A stretch of 64,000 nt of DNA from an uncultured Planctomycetaceae bacterium (lineage in GTDB: Bacteria > Planctomycetota > Planctomycetia > Pirellulales > UBA1268). Location: NCBI GenBank assembly GCA_913052575.1, contig CAJXFK010000003.1:1511-65510 (forward strand). Direction: 5' to 3'. The notes beneath the pieces were generated by a model. That model searched no databases. It had not been told where the DNA came from and saw nothing but the letters and a program-made list of their open reading frames with translations. Below are positions 17,911 to 26,039 of this stretch, piece by piece (the stretch's first letter is position 1; the number at the start of each line of letters is the position of its first letter). Both the position numbers and the translations under genes were made by a program.

Positions 17911-19353
17911 CTACCAGGTCGCTTCTACTCCCAAACCTCCCTGGTCACCAATTGGAACTGGCACCACTCTCACTTCGTAGCCTGCAAAATGATGCTCGGT
18001 TCGGCTAACTGCTAACGAACTGGCCCAGGCAAGGTACCAACCAAGAAATGCCTGCGAAGAATAGTGAGCATCGTCGTTGATTCTAGAAAAACCAACAAAA
18101 GTAGAGCAGACGTAAAGAGTTCCTTTGGCAAGTGGATTCTCAACCATGTCAGCTGCGGCAAGAAACGGAATTGCTCCCATAAAAGAGTGCCCGCTTACTC
18201 CGTTATTGTCTTGAAAGAACTTCCAATCACTGCCGGAAGATGATTCTGTGTTGATTGAGCCATTATTGCTTGGCCGAGAAGCACCCGTTGCCAACTGTAG
18301 AACGTAGACGGGCGGACCTCCGACTAAAAATATTCGGAGACTTCGTGAACCCCACCCTCCTAACGCATCGCCAACCGGAACTCCTTCAAGCGCGACCCCA
18401 GCCGCAGCAGCAATTCCAGCAGCTGGCAACAAATAAATTCCATCACCGATATCTTTCGTTGCTGAAAAAAAATCACCTGTCTGTGATCCCGTTATTCCAG
18501 TCTGCCAGGCATTTTGCATCGTCGTATCAAAGCCCGTATTGGCCATTAATGCTCCTGCACCAAAAGCAGCAGTCACACACGCCAGATTCTCGCAGGAATA
18601 AAAATTTTTATAATCCTGAGAAATCTTTCGACCAGTTCGAGAAAGCCGTGGGAACCGACTTTCTTCCCACGGCAATTGACGGGTACTATGAGATGAAACA
18701 ACTTCTGGGGGTGTTGGCAGTGCATACACTGGTTCATTTTCAAACTCCATCCTTTGAGCTAAATCAACCGTTGCATCCGCTGATGACCGCCCCTGCAGGT
18801 CGGTTTCCCAACCACCAGTAAGCACGACACGGTCTGGCATGAGACTGGCGTCATTTGCAGCCAACGGCTGCGTCTCTACCACCGCATCAACCCAGGCACC
18901 ACTGGTAGCAGGAAGCACTTGAACAACGACCCGCTGACGTTGCTGAGGCCAGTGTGGCCACGGAGCATCGAAACCACTCATCATATTCTCTGATGCCGTT
19001 GAGTGTGGAACCTCCACCCACGCCGACTCAATCTTTCCAGCCCGGGGAGGCACTGAATCAAAATCTGGGGGAACAGTCTTGATAACAGGCCAGTCAGCCG
19101 CAACAGTCTTGACTGTTTTTTCCCAGATTGCCTGACCATCTTCTGAACCTAGAAACATTCCATCTGATGCAACCGGTAACGACTTGTTAACTGCTGATCG
19201 TGGAGATAATTCCCGAGCAGTGAGATTCGGATCGGCCGCAAATAGACCGTAGGATAATTGGAATTCGAGTAGAATTGCAAAACAGAGAAGACACCATTGC
19301 CTAAGTTGCAATGGGCTAAGACGTAAACAAGAAAAACATTGTGAGGAGATCAT
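17911..19353 (-). CDS. Secreted/membrane protein with a degenerate PAP2-like phosphatase motif set
   Basis: Signal-like N-terminus. The C-terminal region has ...ASRP-(27 aa)-VSGHS-(about 34 aa)-SRINDDAHYSSQ, which resembles PAP2 motifs KX6RP / PSGH / SRX5HX3D. ATG at 19351-19353; the ORF is open to 19386 (TTG). Confidence 0.4.
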   Translation of the reverse strand: MISSQCFSCLRLSPLQLRQWCLLCFAILLEFQLSYGLFAADPNLTARELSPRSAVNKSLPVASDGMFLGSEDGQAIWEKTVKTVAADWPVIKTVPPDFDSVPPRAGKIESAWVEVPHSTASENMMSGFDAPWPHWPQQRQRVVVQVLPATSGAWVDAVVETQPLAANDASLMPDRVVLTGGWETDLQGRSSADATVDLAQRMEFENEPVYALPTPPEVVSSHSTRQLPWEESRFPRLSRTGRKISQDYKNFYSCENLACVTAAFGAGALMANTGFDTTMQNAWQTGITGSQTGDFFSATKDIGDGIYLLPAAGIAAAAGVALEGVPVGDALGGWGSRSLRIFLVGGPPVYVLQLATGASRPSNNGSINTESSSGSDWKFFQDNNGVSGHSFMGAIPFLAAADMVENPLAKGTLYVCSTFVGFSRINDDAHYSSQAFLGWYLAWASSLAVSRTEHHFAGYEVRVVPVPIGDQGGLGVEATW

Positions 19354-19536
19354 TTGTTGTTGTGGACTTTCGCAACGACTCAACAACTGATCAAGACAGA
19401 TTTATCTGACACCCTGTCTCTAAGACACTCTTACAGCCCCCCTTCCTTCCCCTCTTCCCTCAGACAACCTCTTTTTCACCCAGATGCTATCCTGCTAAGT
19501 GCCTAGTGCCATTTGCCAGAAGAAAGTCCAACACCC

Positions 19537-21429
19537 ATGACAAGGAAGGTACACGACTTCATGCCTCCCTCGAGCCAAGTCAATGGGAACAAATCACTCA
19601 CTTCAGAAATCCACCAAACGCTTCTGCGTTGGTGGGGCTTTGATACTTTTCGGCCGCTTCAGGCTGAAGCAATCTCTGCTGCCATTCACGGCCGAGACTC
19701 TGTTGTAGTACTTCCAACAGGTGGCGGTAAAAGCCTCTGCTACCAACTCCCACCTTTGCTGAGCCAGACAACCGATATCATCATCTCTCCGTTGGTATCA
19801 CTTATGAAAGATCAGGTGGACTCGCTAGAAGCTATTGGATACCCAGCAGCAGCCATACACAGCGGACTCTCTGTGAATGAGCGCAGAAAAACATATCAAA
19901 GACTTCGAAGTGGCGTTCTTCGATTACTCTTCATAGCCCCCGAGAGGCTTTTTAATTCAAACCTTATTGAGACACTTTCACATCTTCAAATTCAGCGATT
20001 CGCGATCGATGAAGCGCATTGCATCAGCCAGTGGGGCCATGACTTTCGCCCCGAATATCGTCAACTATCTACTTTGAGAGAGCATTTCCCTCAAGCAAGT
20101 TTCCATGCATATACAGCAACTGCAACACCTCCTGTTAGGAGTGATATCGCTGAACAACTTCATCTCAAAAATCCCGAGATTTTTGTTGGCACATTTGATC
20201 GCCCAAACCTCACCTATCGTGTGATCCAGCGAACGAACAGAACAACACAGATACTTGAGATTCTTGGACGACATTCTAAAGAAGCTTCGATCGTATACTG
20301 TATTTCGAGGCGAGAAACAGAACGGCTAGCGAAACATCTCACAGCATCAGGACTTCTTGCACATCCTTATCACGCGGGATTAGACCCGAAGAAAAGACAC
20401 AGAACTCAAGAAGCCTTCGCAAAGGAATCGCTTGATATTGTTGTTGCTACAGTTGCGTTTGGTATGGGTATTGATCGTTCAAACGTACGACTGGTCTTAC
20501 ACACAGGACTACCGAAAAGCCTTGAAGCGTACCAACAAGAGACTGGTCGAGCCGGACGCGATGGGCTTGCCGCAGAATGTGCCTTACTTTACTCACCCGC
20601 CGATGTCTTCAGCTGGGAGGCCTTGATTCGACGTGGAGCAGAATCTTCCGAACTTCCTGAAGCTGAGTCTCAGCAACTCATTGATTCCCAAATAGTGCAA
20701 CTCCAACGGATGCGTAGGTATGCCCAAGCAGCACGGTGTCGGCATGCCTTCTTGTCAGAACATTTCGGACAACCATACGGAATTTCTAATTGTAAGAACT
20801 GTGATGTTTGCTTGGGTGAAACAACCAATCTTGCTGACAGCAACACAGTTGCTCAAAAAATTATCTCATGTGTTGCTCGAGTAGGTGAGCGATTTGGTGT
20901 CCGTCACCTTTGTGAGGTTCTTCGTGGTGCACAAACAGCACCGATACAAAGACACGGTCATCACTGCCTATCGACATACGGAATACTAAAAAATTTCGAT
21001 CAACGCATGTGTGAAAACCTTGTCCATCAGTTGCTTGACCAGGAATACCTTTCAAGAAGCCACGGTGACCGACCAGTCGTCATGCTCAATGAAAAATCCT
21101 GGGAGATTCTTCGAAACCAACGTGATGTCACTCTCTTAGAGCCACGATTAAAAAACCCGATAGGATCCCAAAAAGATTCTGACGACTGGGATCAAGTTGA
21201 CCGAAAATTATTTGATCACCTCAGGCAATGGCGTAGGAAAATTGCGGATGAACGGGGAAAGCCAGCCTGGACAATTCTCGATGATCGTGCCCTACGATCA
21301 ATTGCTCGTGAAAAGCCGACCACTTCAGCTTCTTTACTGAATTGCAGAGGAATTGGAGAGAAGCGACTGGCTGATCACGGGGCAGCAATTCTTAAAATGA
21401 TCAAACAACACAATCTTGAATCTGAGTAA
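19537..21429 (+). CDS. recQ: ATP-dependent DNA helicase RecQ
   Basis: FRPLQAEAI, VLPTGGGKSLCYQLP, DEAHCISQWGHDFRPEY, a Zn-finger region CRH...CKNCDVC, and a C-terminal HRDC-like segment. ATG at 19537; the ORF is open from a TTG at 19513. Confidence 0.92.
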   Translation: MTRKVHDFMPPSSQVNGNKSLTSEIHQTLLRWWGFDTFRPLQAEAISAAIHGRDSVVVLPTGGGKSLCYQLPPLLSQTTDIIISPLVSLMKDQVDSLEAIGYPAAAIHSGLSVNERRKTYQRLRSGVLRLLFIAPERLFNSNLIETLSHLQIQRFAIDEAHCISQWGHDFRPEYRQLSTLREHFPQASFHAYTATATPPVRSDIAEQLHLKNPEIFVGTFDRPNLTYRVIQRTNRTTQILEILGRHSKEASIVYCISRRETERLAKHLTASGLLAHPYHAGLDPKKRHRTQEAFAKESLDIVVATVAFGMGIDRSNVRLVLHTGLPKSLEAYQQETGRAGRDGLAAECALLYSPADVFSWEALIRRGAESSELPEAESQQLIDSQIVQLQRMRRYAQAARCRHAFLSEHFGQPYGISNCKNCDVCLGETTNLADSNTVAQKIISCVARVGERFGVRHLCEVLRGAQTAPIQRHGHHCLSTYGILKNFDQRMCENLVHQLLDQEYLSRSHGDRPVVMLNEKSWEILRNQRDVTLLEPRLKNPIGSQKDSDDWDQVDRKLFDHLRQWRRKIADERGKPAWTILDDRALRSIAREKPTTSASLLNCRGIGEKRLADHGAAILKMIKQHNLESE

Positions 21430-21455
21430 GCATCATGAATCTTAAGGAGTATTGT

Positions 21456-22709
21456 CTATTCAATTGCATGTGGCGACAGGCTTACCGTGTTATCACATAT
21501 CTCTGTAAGTGGGCCTTCACTCGCTGAGGTCAGCACTAGGGTCAACTCCTTGCCACAGACTTCCTCCAACAGATTCGCCAACAGTTCCTGCTGTTTAGCG
21601 ACCATGCCATCGGCTGGCTCATCAACAAGAAGAACACGAGGGCTCATGGCCAGACCACGAGCAATCTCTAAGCAACGTCGCTCGTAGAGCGACAAATCCG
21701 AAGCAAAGATGAAAGACTGATGCGCCAGACCTACTGACCGAACGAGTTCTTCCGTCCTTGCAATACAATACGATTTATTGATGAGTCGCCACCACGATGA
21801 AGACTTTCGGCGCACGCCTTGCTCTACCGCAACAAGTACATTTTCAAAAATTGTCATTGCAGGGAAAACCCTTGGTACCCGGAAAGTCCGAGCAACACCA
21901 GCACTGGCAGCCACTTCTGGCAACCGTCTTCCACGCTGCCATATTGTCCAGGACATTCCAAGCCCAAGAAATAATCCAAAAGTAAACGCAGACCATCCGC
22001 GGAAACGAATACGTCTTTTTCCGGCAGCCAGTCGATCAAGAGTAGCTTCATCAAGCAACAACTCTCGTTGCGGTTCATTTGCATCCCCCACTAAATCAGT
22101 GATGTCCGGAATAACACCTGGACCAATTCGCCGAGCTGTCACTGCCGCTTGCATCTGGTTGCGCAATTCACGGGCTTCTGACAAATCACGTCGCACCGCC
22201 AGAACTTCTCGTCCATCCGCAGTCACAATCCGCCAGTTGCCAGCTAAGCGATCAATAGCTAATTCTGCTCGAAAATAACTACGAAGTCGCTTGCCAACGG
22301 TTGTGATCGTAAAAGGTTCTTCAACAACCAAGCCCCTCTTTACAACAGCCAACCACAGCCGATCAATGTCTACCGCTGCAGCTGCAAAGAGCAAGCCAAC
22401 GAGAACTCCGGTACACAAAATACCCCAGAATGTTTTTGCTGAGAAAGCCTGCTTCAATCGATGACCATTTAATCGAACTGAACCAGATGTTGCTGATCGT
22501 AAACCACATATAGCATCGAGCAGAGCAGCCCTCGAGCCTCTCCCTGAGCCTACGACTGCCACACGACGGCCCGCTGGCACGTCAAGCTCTAAGCTATCAA
22601 TGACCGGAAGAGTACCGGACTGAACTGTAAGCCGATCGATACTAAGCAGCGGATTGTCTGCCGGGAGCACAGATGGATTACCCGATTTCATGCTACCCTC
22701 AGAGGTCAT
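21456..22709 (-). CDS. LivG-like ABC nucleotide-binding protein with degenerate motifs and a ~185-aa insertion containing two predicted TM helices
   Basis: Contains ARTFRVPRVFPAMTIFENV, LSLYERRCLEIARGLA and LLVDEPADGM, but Walker A reads GSGRGSRA. Hydrophobic stretches at residues 94-113 and 239-257. ATGA overlap with livM. Confidence 0.7.
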   Translation of the reverse strand: MTSEGSMKSGNPSVLPADNPLLSIDRLTVQSGTLPVIDSLELDVPAGRRVAVVGSGRGSRAALLDAICGLRSATSGSVRLNGHRLKQAFSAKTFWGILCTGVLVGLLFAAAAVDIDRLWLAVVKRGLVVEEPFTITTVGKRLRSYFRAELAIDRLAGNWRIVTADGREVLAVRRDLSEARELRNQMQAAVTARRIGPGVIPDITDLVGDANEPQRELLLDEATLDRLAAGKRRIRFRGWSAFTFGLFLGLGMSWTIWQRGRRLPEVAASAGVARTFRVPRVFPAMTIFENVLVAVEQGVRRKSSSWWRLINKSYCIARTEELVRSVGLAHQSFIFASDLSLYERRCLEIARGLAMSPRVLLVDEPADGMVAKQQELLANLLEEVCGKELTLVLTSASEGPLTEICDNTVSLSPHAIE

Positions 22710-23809
22710 TGTTGCGCCTCCTGTAATTCAGCCGCAAAACGTCGTGATGGAATAAGTCCGACGGGACGGAATCGCATCACAACAATCAGCGCTATGCCCA
22801 CAAGCGCTAACCGCCAACTTCCAAGTGCAAAAAGATTTATTTCAAATACTTGTGACTGAAGACGCTGCATCCATGCATCTACTAAAGGGATCACAACGAT
22901 ATCAAAACCAAACAATATTGTGACACCGACAAGTGTTCCCGGAACACTCCCAAGGCCACCAATTATTACGGCACAAAGGATAGCAACGGATCGATTAAAA
23001 CCAAAAGCATTCGGATCTCCAGTAGTACCAATGCTTGCGACGGATAGACAGCCGGCAAGGCCAGCAATTGCTGCAGCTATCGTGAAAGCCGAAAGCCGAA
23101 CCTTCGCTACCGATATACCAATTGTTGCAGCAGCCAGTGGCTCCTCACGAACGGCGATCCATGCTCTACCCAATGATGATTTTTCAAGGATTCTTACAAA
23201 CATCACTGCAAAAAACAGCATTATGAGTGACAGATAGTAGAACCATCTCGAATCAACAACAAATTCTCTGCCAAGATCTATACCGGTAATAAATACTCCA
23301 AATCCTGGTGGTGGAACTGGACCGAGGCCTTGCGTGCCTCCTGTCACGTTCTCGAGGTTAAGGAATAAAACACGAACAACCTCACCAAAACCGAGAGTGA
23401 CGATCGCAAGATAATCTCCCCGCAGTCGCAATGTTGGAGAGCCAAGCAACGTTCCGATCATCGCAGTAATTCCAACACTGACGAGGACCGCTGCAAGAAA
23501 ACCTATTTCTAGCGGATTCATTGGAACAGTCAGAATGGCAAGAAAAAGCCCTCCTAACCCAAAAAAGGATGCAATTCCAAGGTGTAATAACCCAGTAAAG
23601 CCCACCATAACATTGAGGCCAAGAGCAGCGATACAAATTATAAAGACGGACGTAATCTGCCCGCCTAGCCCACCTGCAAACGCCGAATGAAACAGTGGAG
23701 CCAGGGCTAAAACTGTAAACACTGGTGTTTCCCAGTTTCTTTTAGACCAGTGCAAAAAACAACTAGAACAGTGCAAGAAATACGCTAGGAAATTCTGGTA
23801 AAGATTCAT
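22706..23809 (-). CDS. livM: Branched-chain amino acid-type ABC transporter permease (LivM family)
   Basis: Polytopic, 367 aa. Has LGLNVMVGFTGLLHLGIASFFGLG and the LivM-like GDYLAIVTLGFGEV motif. Confidence 0.8.
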   Translation of the reverse strand: MNLYQNFLAYFLHCSSCFLHWSKRNWETPVFTVLALAPLFHSAFAGGLGGQITSVFIICIAALGLNVMVGFTGLLHLGIASFFGLGGLFLAILTVPMNPLEIGFLAAVLVSVGITAMIGTLLGSPTLRLRGDYLAIVTLGFGEVVRVLFLNLENVTGGTQGLGPVPPPGFGVFITGIDLGREFVVDSRWFYYLSLIMLFFAVMFVRILEKSSLGRAWIAVREEPLAAATIGISVAKVRLSAFTIAAAIAGLAGCLSVASIGTTGDPNAFGFNRSVAILCAVIIGGLGSVPGTLVGVTILFGFDIVVIPLVDAWMQRLQSQVFEINLFALGSWRLALVGIALIVVMRFRPVGLIPSRRFAAELQEAQQ

Positions 23810-24723
23810 CGTTGCCCCGCTCTTGTTTTTGATTTCCCATAAATTCCCTGGGGACGAAAAGCAAGGAAAACAATGAGAACAAGAAACACCGATGCCATAG
23901 CCCAGCGAGGACCAAGAACAGCCACCGAAATCGCACGAAGCAGCCCAACAACGAGTCCACCAACAATTGCACCAGGCACACTCCCAATACCACCGAGTAC
24001 GGCTGCGGTAAGAGCATACAGTCCCATTTGGTGTCCCATCTGATAATTAATTGTTGTTGCGTGAATACCAGCCGCGACACTCGCAACACCACCCAGAAAT
24101 CCACTAATAAAAAAAGTTGTCCCAATAAGCTTCCCTGCTTCTCCTGAGCGAGCTGTCGCGCGGGTGATCGCAGCAATTGAACGCAACGATCTTCCAAAAC
24201 GAGTTTGCCTTAGAAGGATATACAGGCAAAGAAGTGGTGGAACGCTAATCGCAAGCACCAGAAGGTCAGCCATCAGGAAAGAAATTCCACCGACTGAACG
24301 GGTAGAGGCTAGAAAAATTTCTGGAAATGCTCGATCAGTTGGCCCAATCCAGACAAGCCCGACGTTCATAAGTACAAATGAAACACCGATCGCTGAGACG
24401 AGAGGTGATAGAGGAGGAGCGTCTCGTAGTGGACGATACACAAATCGATCAATACAAACGTTGAGGCAACCACAAAACAGGCCACTGCATAAAGCAGCAA
24501 GTATCACCGCCAAGCAACCAGTTACCGGGGCAACCGGAAGGGGCACTAAGAACGACAGGATTGCAAGTGCTAGGCAGCCACCAAGCATGACTACATCCCC
24601 GTGCGCAAAGTGAATGAGTCCCACCGTCCCATACACGAGGGTATACCCCACAGCCATCAGTCCAAGAAACACACCGCTTGTGATTCCAATACCGCATTGC
24701 TGAAGAAAGGATGCTACGTCCAC
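23806..24723 (-). CDS. livH: Branched-chain amino acid-type ABC transporter permease (LivH family)
   Basis: Contains YTLVYGTVGLIHFAHGDVVMLG and GGIGSVPGAIVGG, typical of LivH. GTG start. ATGA overlap with livM. Confidence 0.8.
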   Translation of the reverse strand: MDVASFLQQCGIGITSGVFLGLMAVGYTLVYGTVGLIHFAHGDVVMLGGCLALAILSFLVPLPVAPVTGCLAVILAALCSGLFCGCLNVCIDRFVYRPLRDAPPLSPLVSAIGVSFVLMNVGLVWIGPTDRAFPEIFLASTRSVGGISFLMADLLVLAISVPPLLCLYILLRQTRFGRSLRSIAAITRATARSGEAGKLIGTTFFISGFLGGVASVAAGIHATTINYQMGHQMGLYALTAAVLGGIGSVPGAIVGGLVVGLLRAISVAVLGPRWAMASVFLVLIVFLAFRPQGIYGKSKTRAGQR

Positions 24724-24773
24724 GCACTGTGTCTCAACAAAGTAAGCCGTAAGAAAAATATTTTCCCTTAGTC

Positions 24774-26039
24774 TTATCTACTGACGTTCTTTTTGCCTAT
24801 GCCAGCAGCCGGCACAACTTCTTCGTGCTCAAACGTACCATTTCGAACAACACTTACAGACACCTCCTGTAGTGTTGTATCCCCGTTTTCATCAATACTC
24901 CACGCCCCAAGTACCCCGTCGTCTACTCGACTTGCAAAAGCAGACTCTACGATGGCACGGCGGTCTTTACGCCCCACATCAGCAATTGCTCGGATTGCAA
25001 GTCTCGCTGCCTCATAACCATGAATCGCCGCATTGCTTGGGCATGTTCCATATTTTTGCTGATAACGCTTAAGGAACATGATCTCTGAACAATCTGACTG
25101 CTGCGGCGACAATCCTGCAGATGTCGCAAAGCACCGCCCCTCTAAAGAGGTTGCGCCCGCTGCATCAAGAAATGCTTTGGTACGACATCCGTCAGACACT
25201 AACAAAATTGCTTCGCTCTCAGCCGACACGAGATCACGCGCGAGTTGACCACCCTTTGTTCGAGCACTACCACCAAAATAAACAAGATCGGGGTCAGCAC
25301 TCATTACTGATCCTACAAATGATTTGAACTCAGCCGCCTGTGGATCAATTGAAACATGTGCAAGAACCTCCATGCCTTTCTCACGACATCGATCAGCGAA
25401 GAGAGACGCTACACCCTGCCCGTAAATACCGGCATCATCGATTACGAAAACTCGTCGCACTCCACGCCCAAATGCCCAATCTGCAGCAAGCGGACCCTGT
25501 AGATCGTCCGCCGGTACAACCCTCATGTAATTCAATCTGCCTGAAGGTTGGTAGACATCAGGCTCCCCAGGAATACCAAGCCCAGGCTTCGTCAAGCCAA
25601 CCGCTGTGTTCGCCGGCGACACCATGAGTAAATCTGCATAATTGAGAATCGGCATTGAGACGCGAGCAGCACCGGAATTGAGCGTGCCAATATAAGCCAT
25701 CACATCGGGATCTTGCACAGCTAAGCGAGCATTTGCTGCCTCCCCTTCACTCGTCCACTGCCCTGAAACTGAAGCACTGTTGTCGAGATCACGATATTCG
25801 AGCGTAAACCTCCCAACTCGTGCTCTAACCTCTTCTATTGCAAGTCGAATGCCTCGAACAACTTCATCACTCACCTGCCTCGACACACCAGTCCGTGGCA
25901 AACTTGAGACAAGACATATCCGATTCGAATTTGTTTCTTGACATCCAAAACAATTGAGACCAAGTGCTATGCAGGCTACGACAAACCATCTTAGTCTCGA
26001 GGATGATCGCTTCTGTAGACAAAACCAATTATTTCTCAT
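24774..26039 (-). CDS. Periplasmic substrate-binding protein, Leu/Ile/Val-binding (type I PBP) family
   Basis: Signal-like N-terminus MRNNWFCLQKRSSSRLRWFVVACIALGLNCFGC. Has IGTLNSGAARVSMPI......MVSPANT. First gene of the Liv-type operon. The ATG at 26039 overlaps the rlmKL stop (ATGA). Confidence 0.7.
   Translation of the reverse strand: MRNNWFCLQKRSSSRLRWFVVACIALGLNCFGCQETNSNRICLVSSLPRTGVSRQVSDEVVRGIRLAIEEVRARVGRFTLEYRDLDNSASVSGQWTSEGEAANARLAVQDPDVMAYIGTLNSGAARVSMPILNYADLLMVSPANTAVGLTKPGLGIPGEPDVYQPSGRLNYMRVVPADDLQGPLAADWAFGRGVRRVFVIDDAGIYGQGVASLFADRCREKGMEVLAHVSIDPQAAEFKSFVGSVMSADPDLVYFGGSARTKGGQLARDLVSAESEAILLVSDGCRTKAFLDAAGATSLEGRCFATSAGLSPQQSDCSEIMFLKRYQQKYGTCPSNAAIHGYEAARLAIRAIADVGRKDRRAIVESAFASRVDDGVLGAWSIDENGDTTLQEVSVSVVRNGTFEHEEVVPAAGIGKKNVSR

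Noticed and set aside
23763-24197. A 144-aa minus-strand ORF spanning the livH/livM junction in another frame.
   Set aside because: It overlaps two permease genes with clear family signatures and an ATGA junction. There is no independent support for it.
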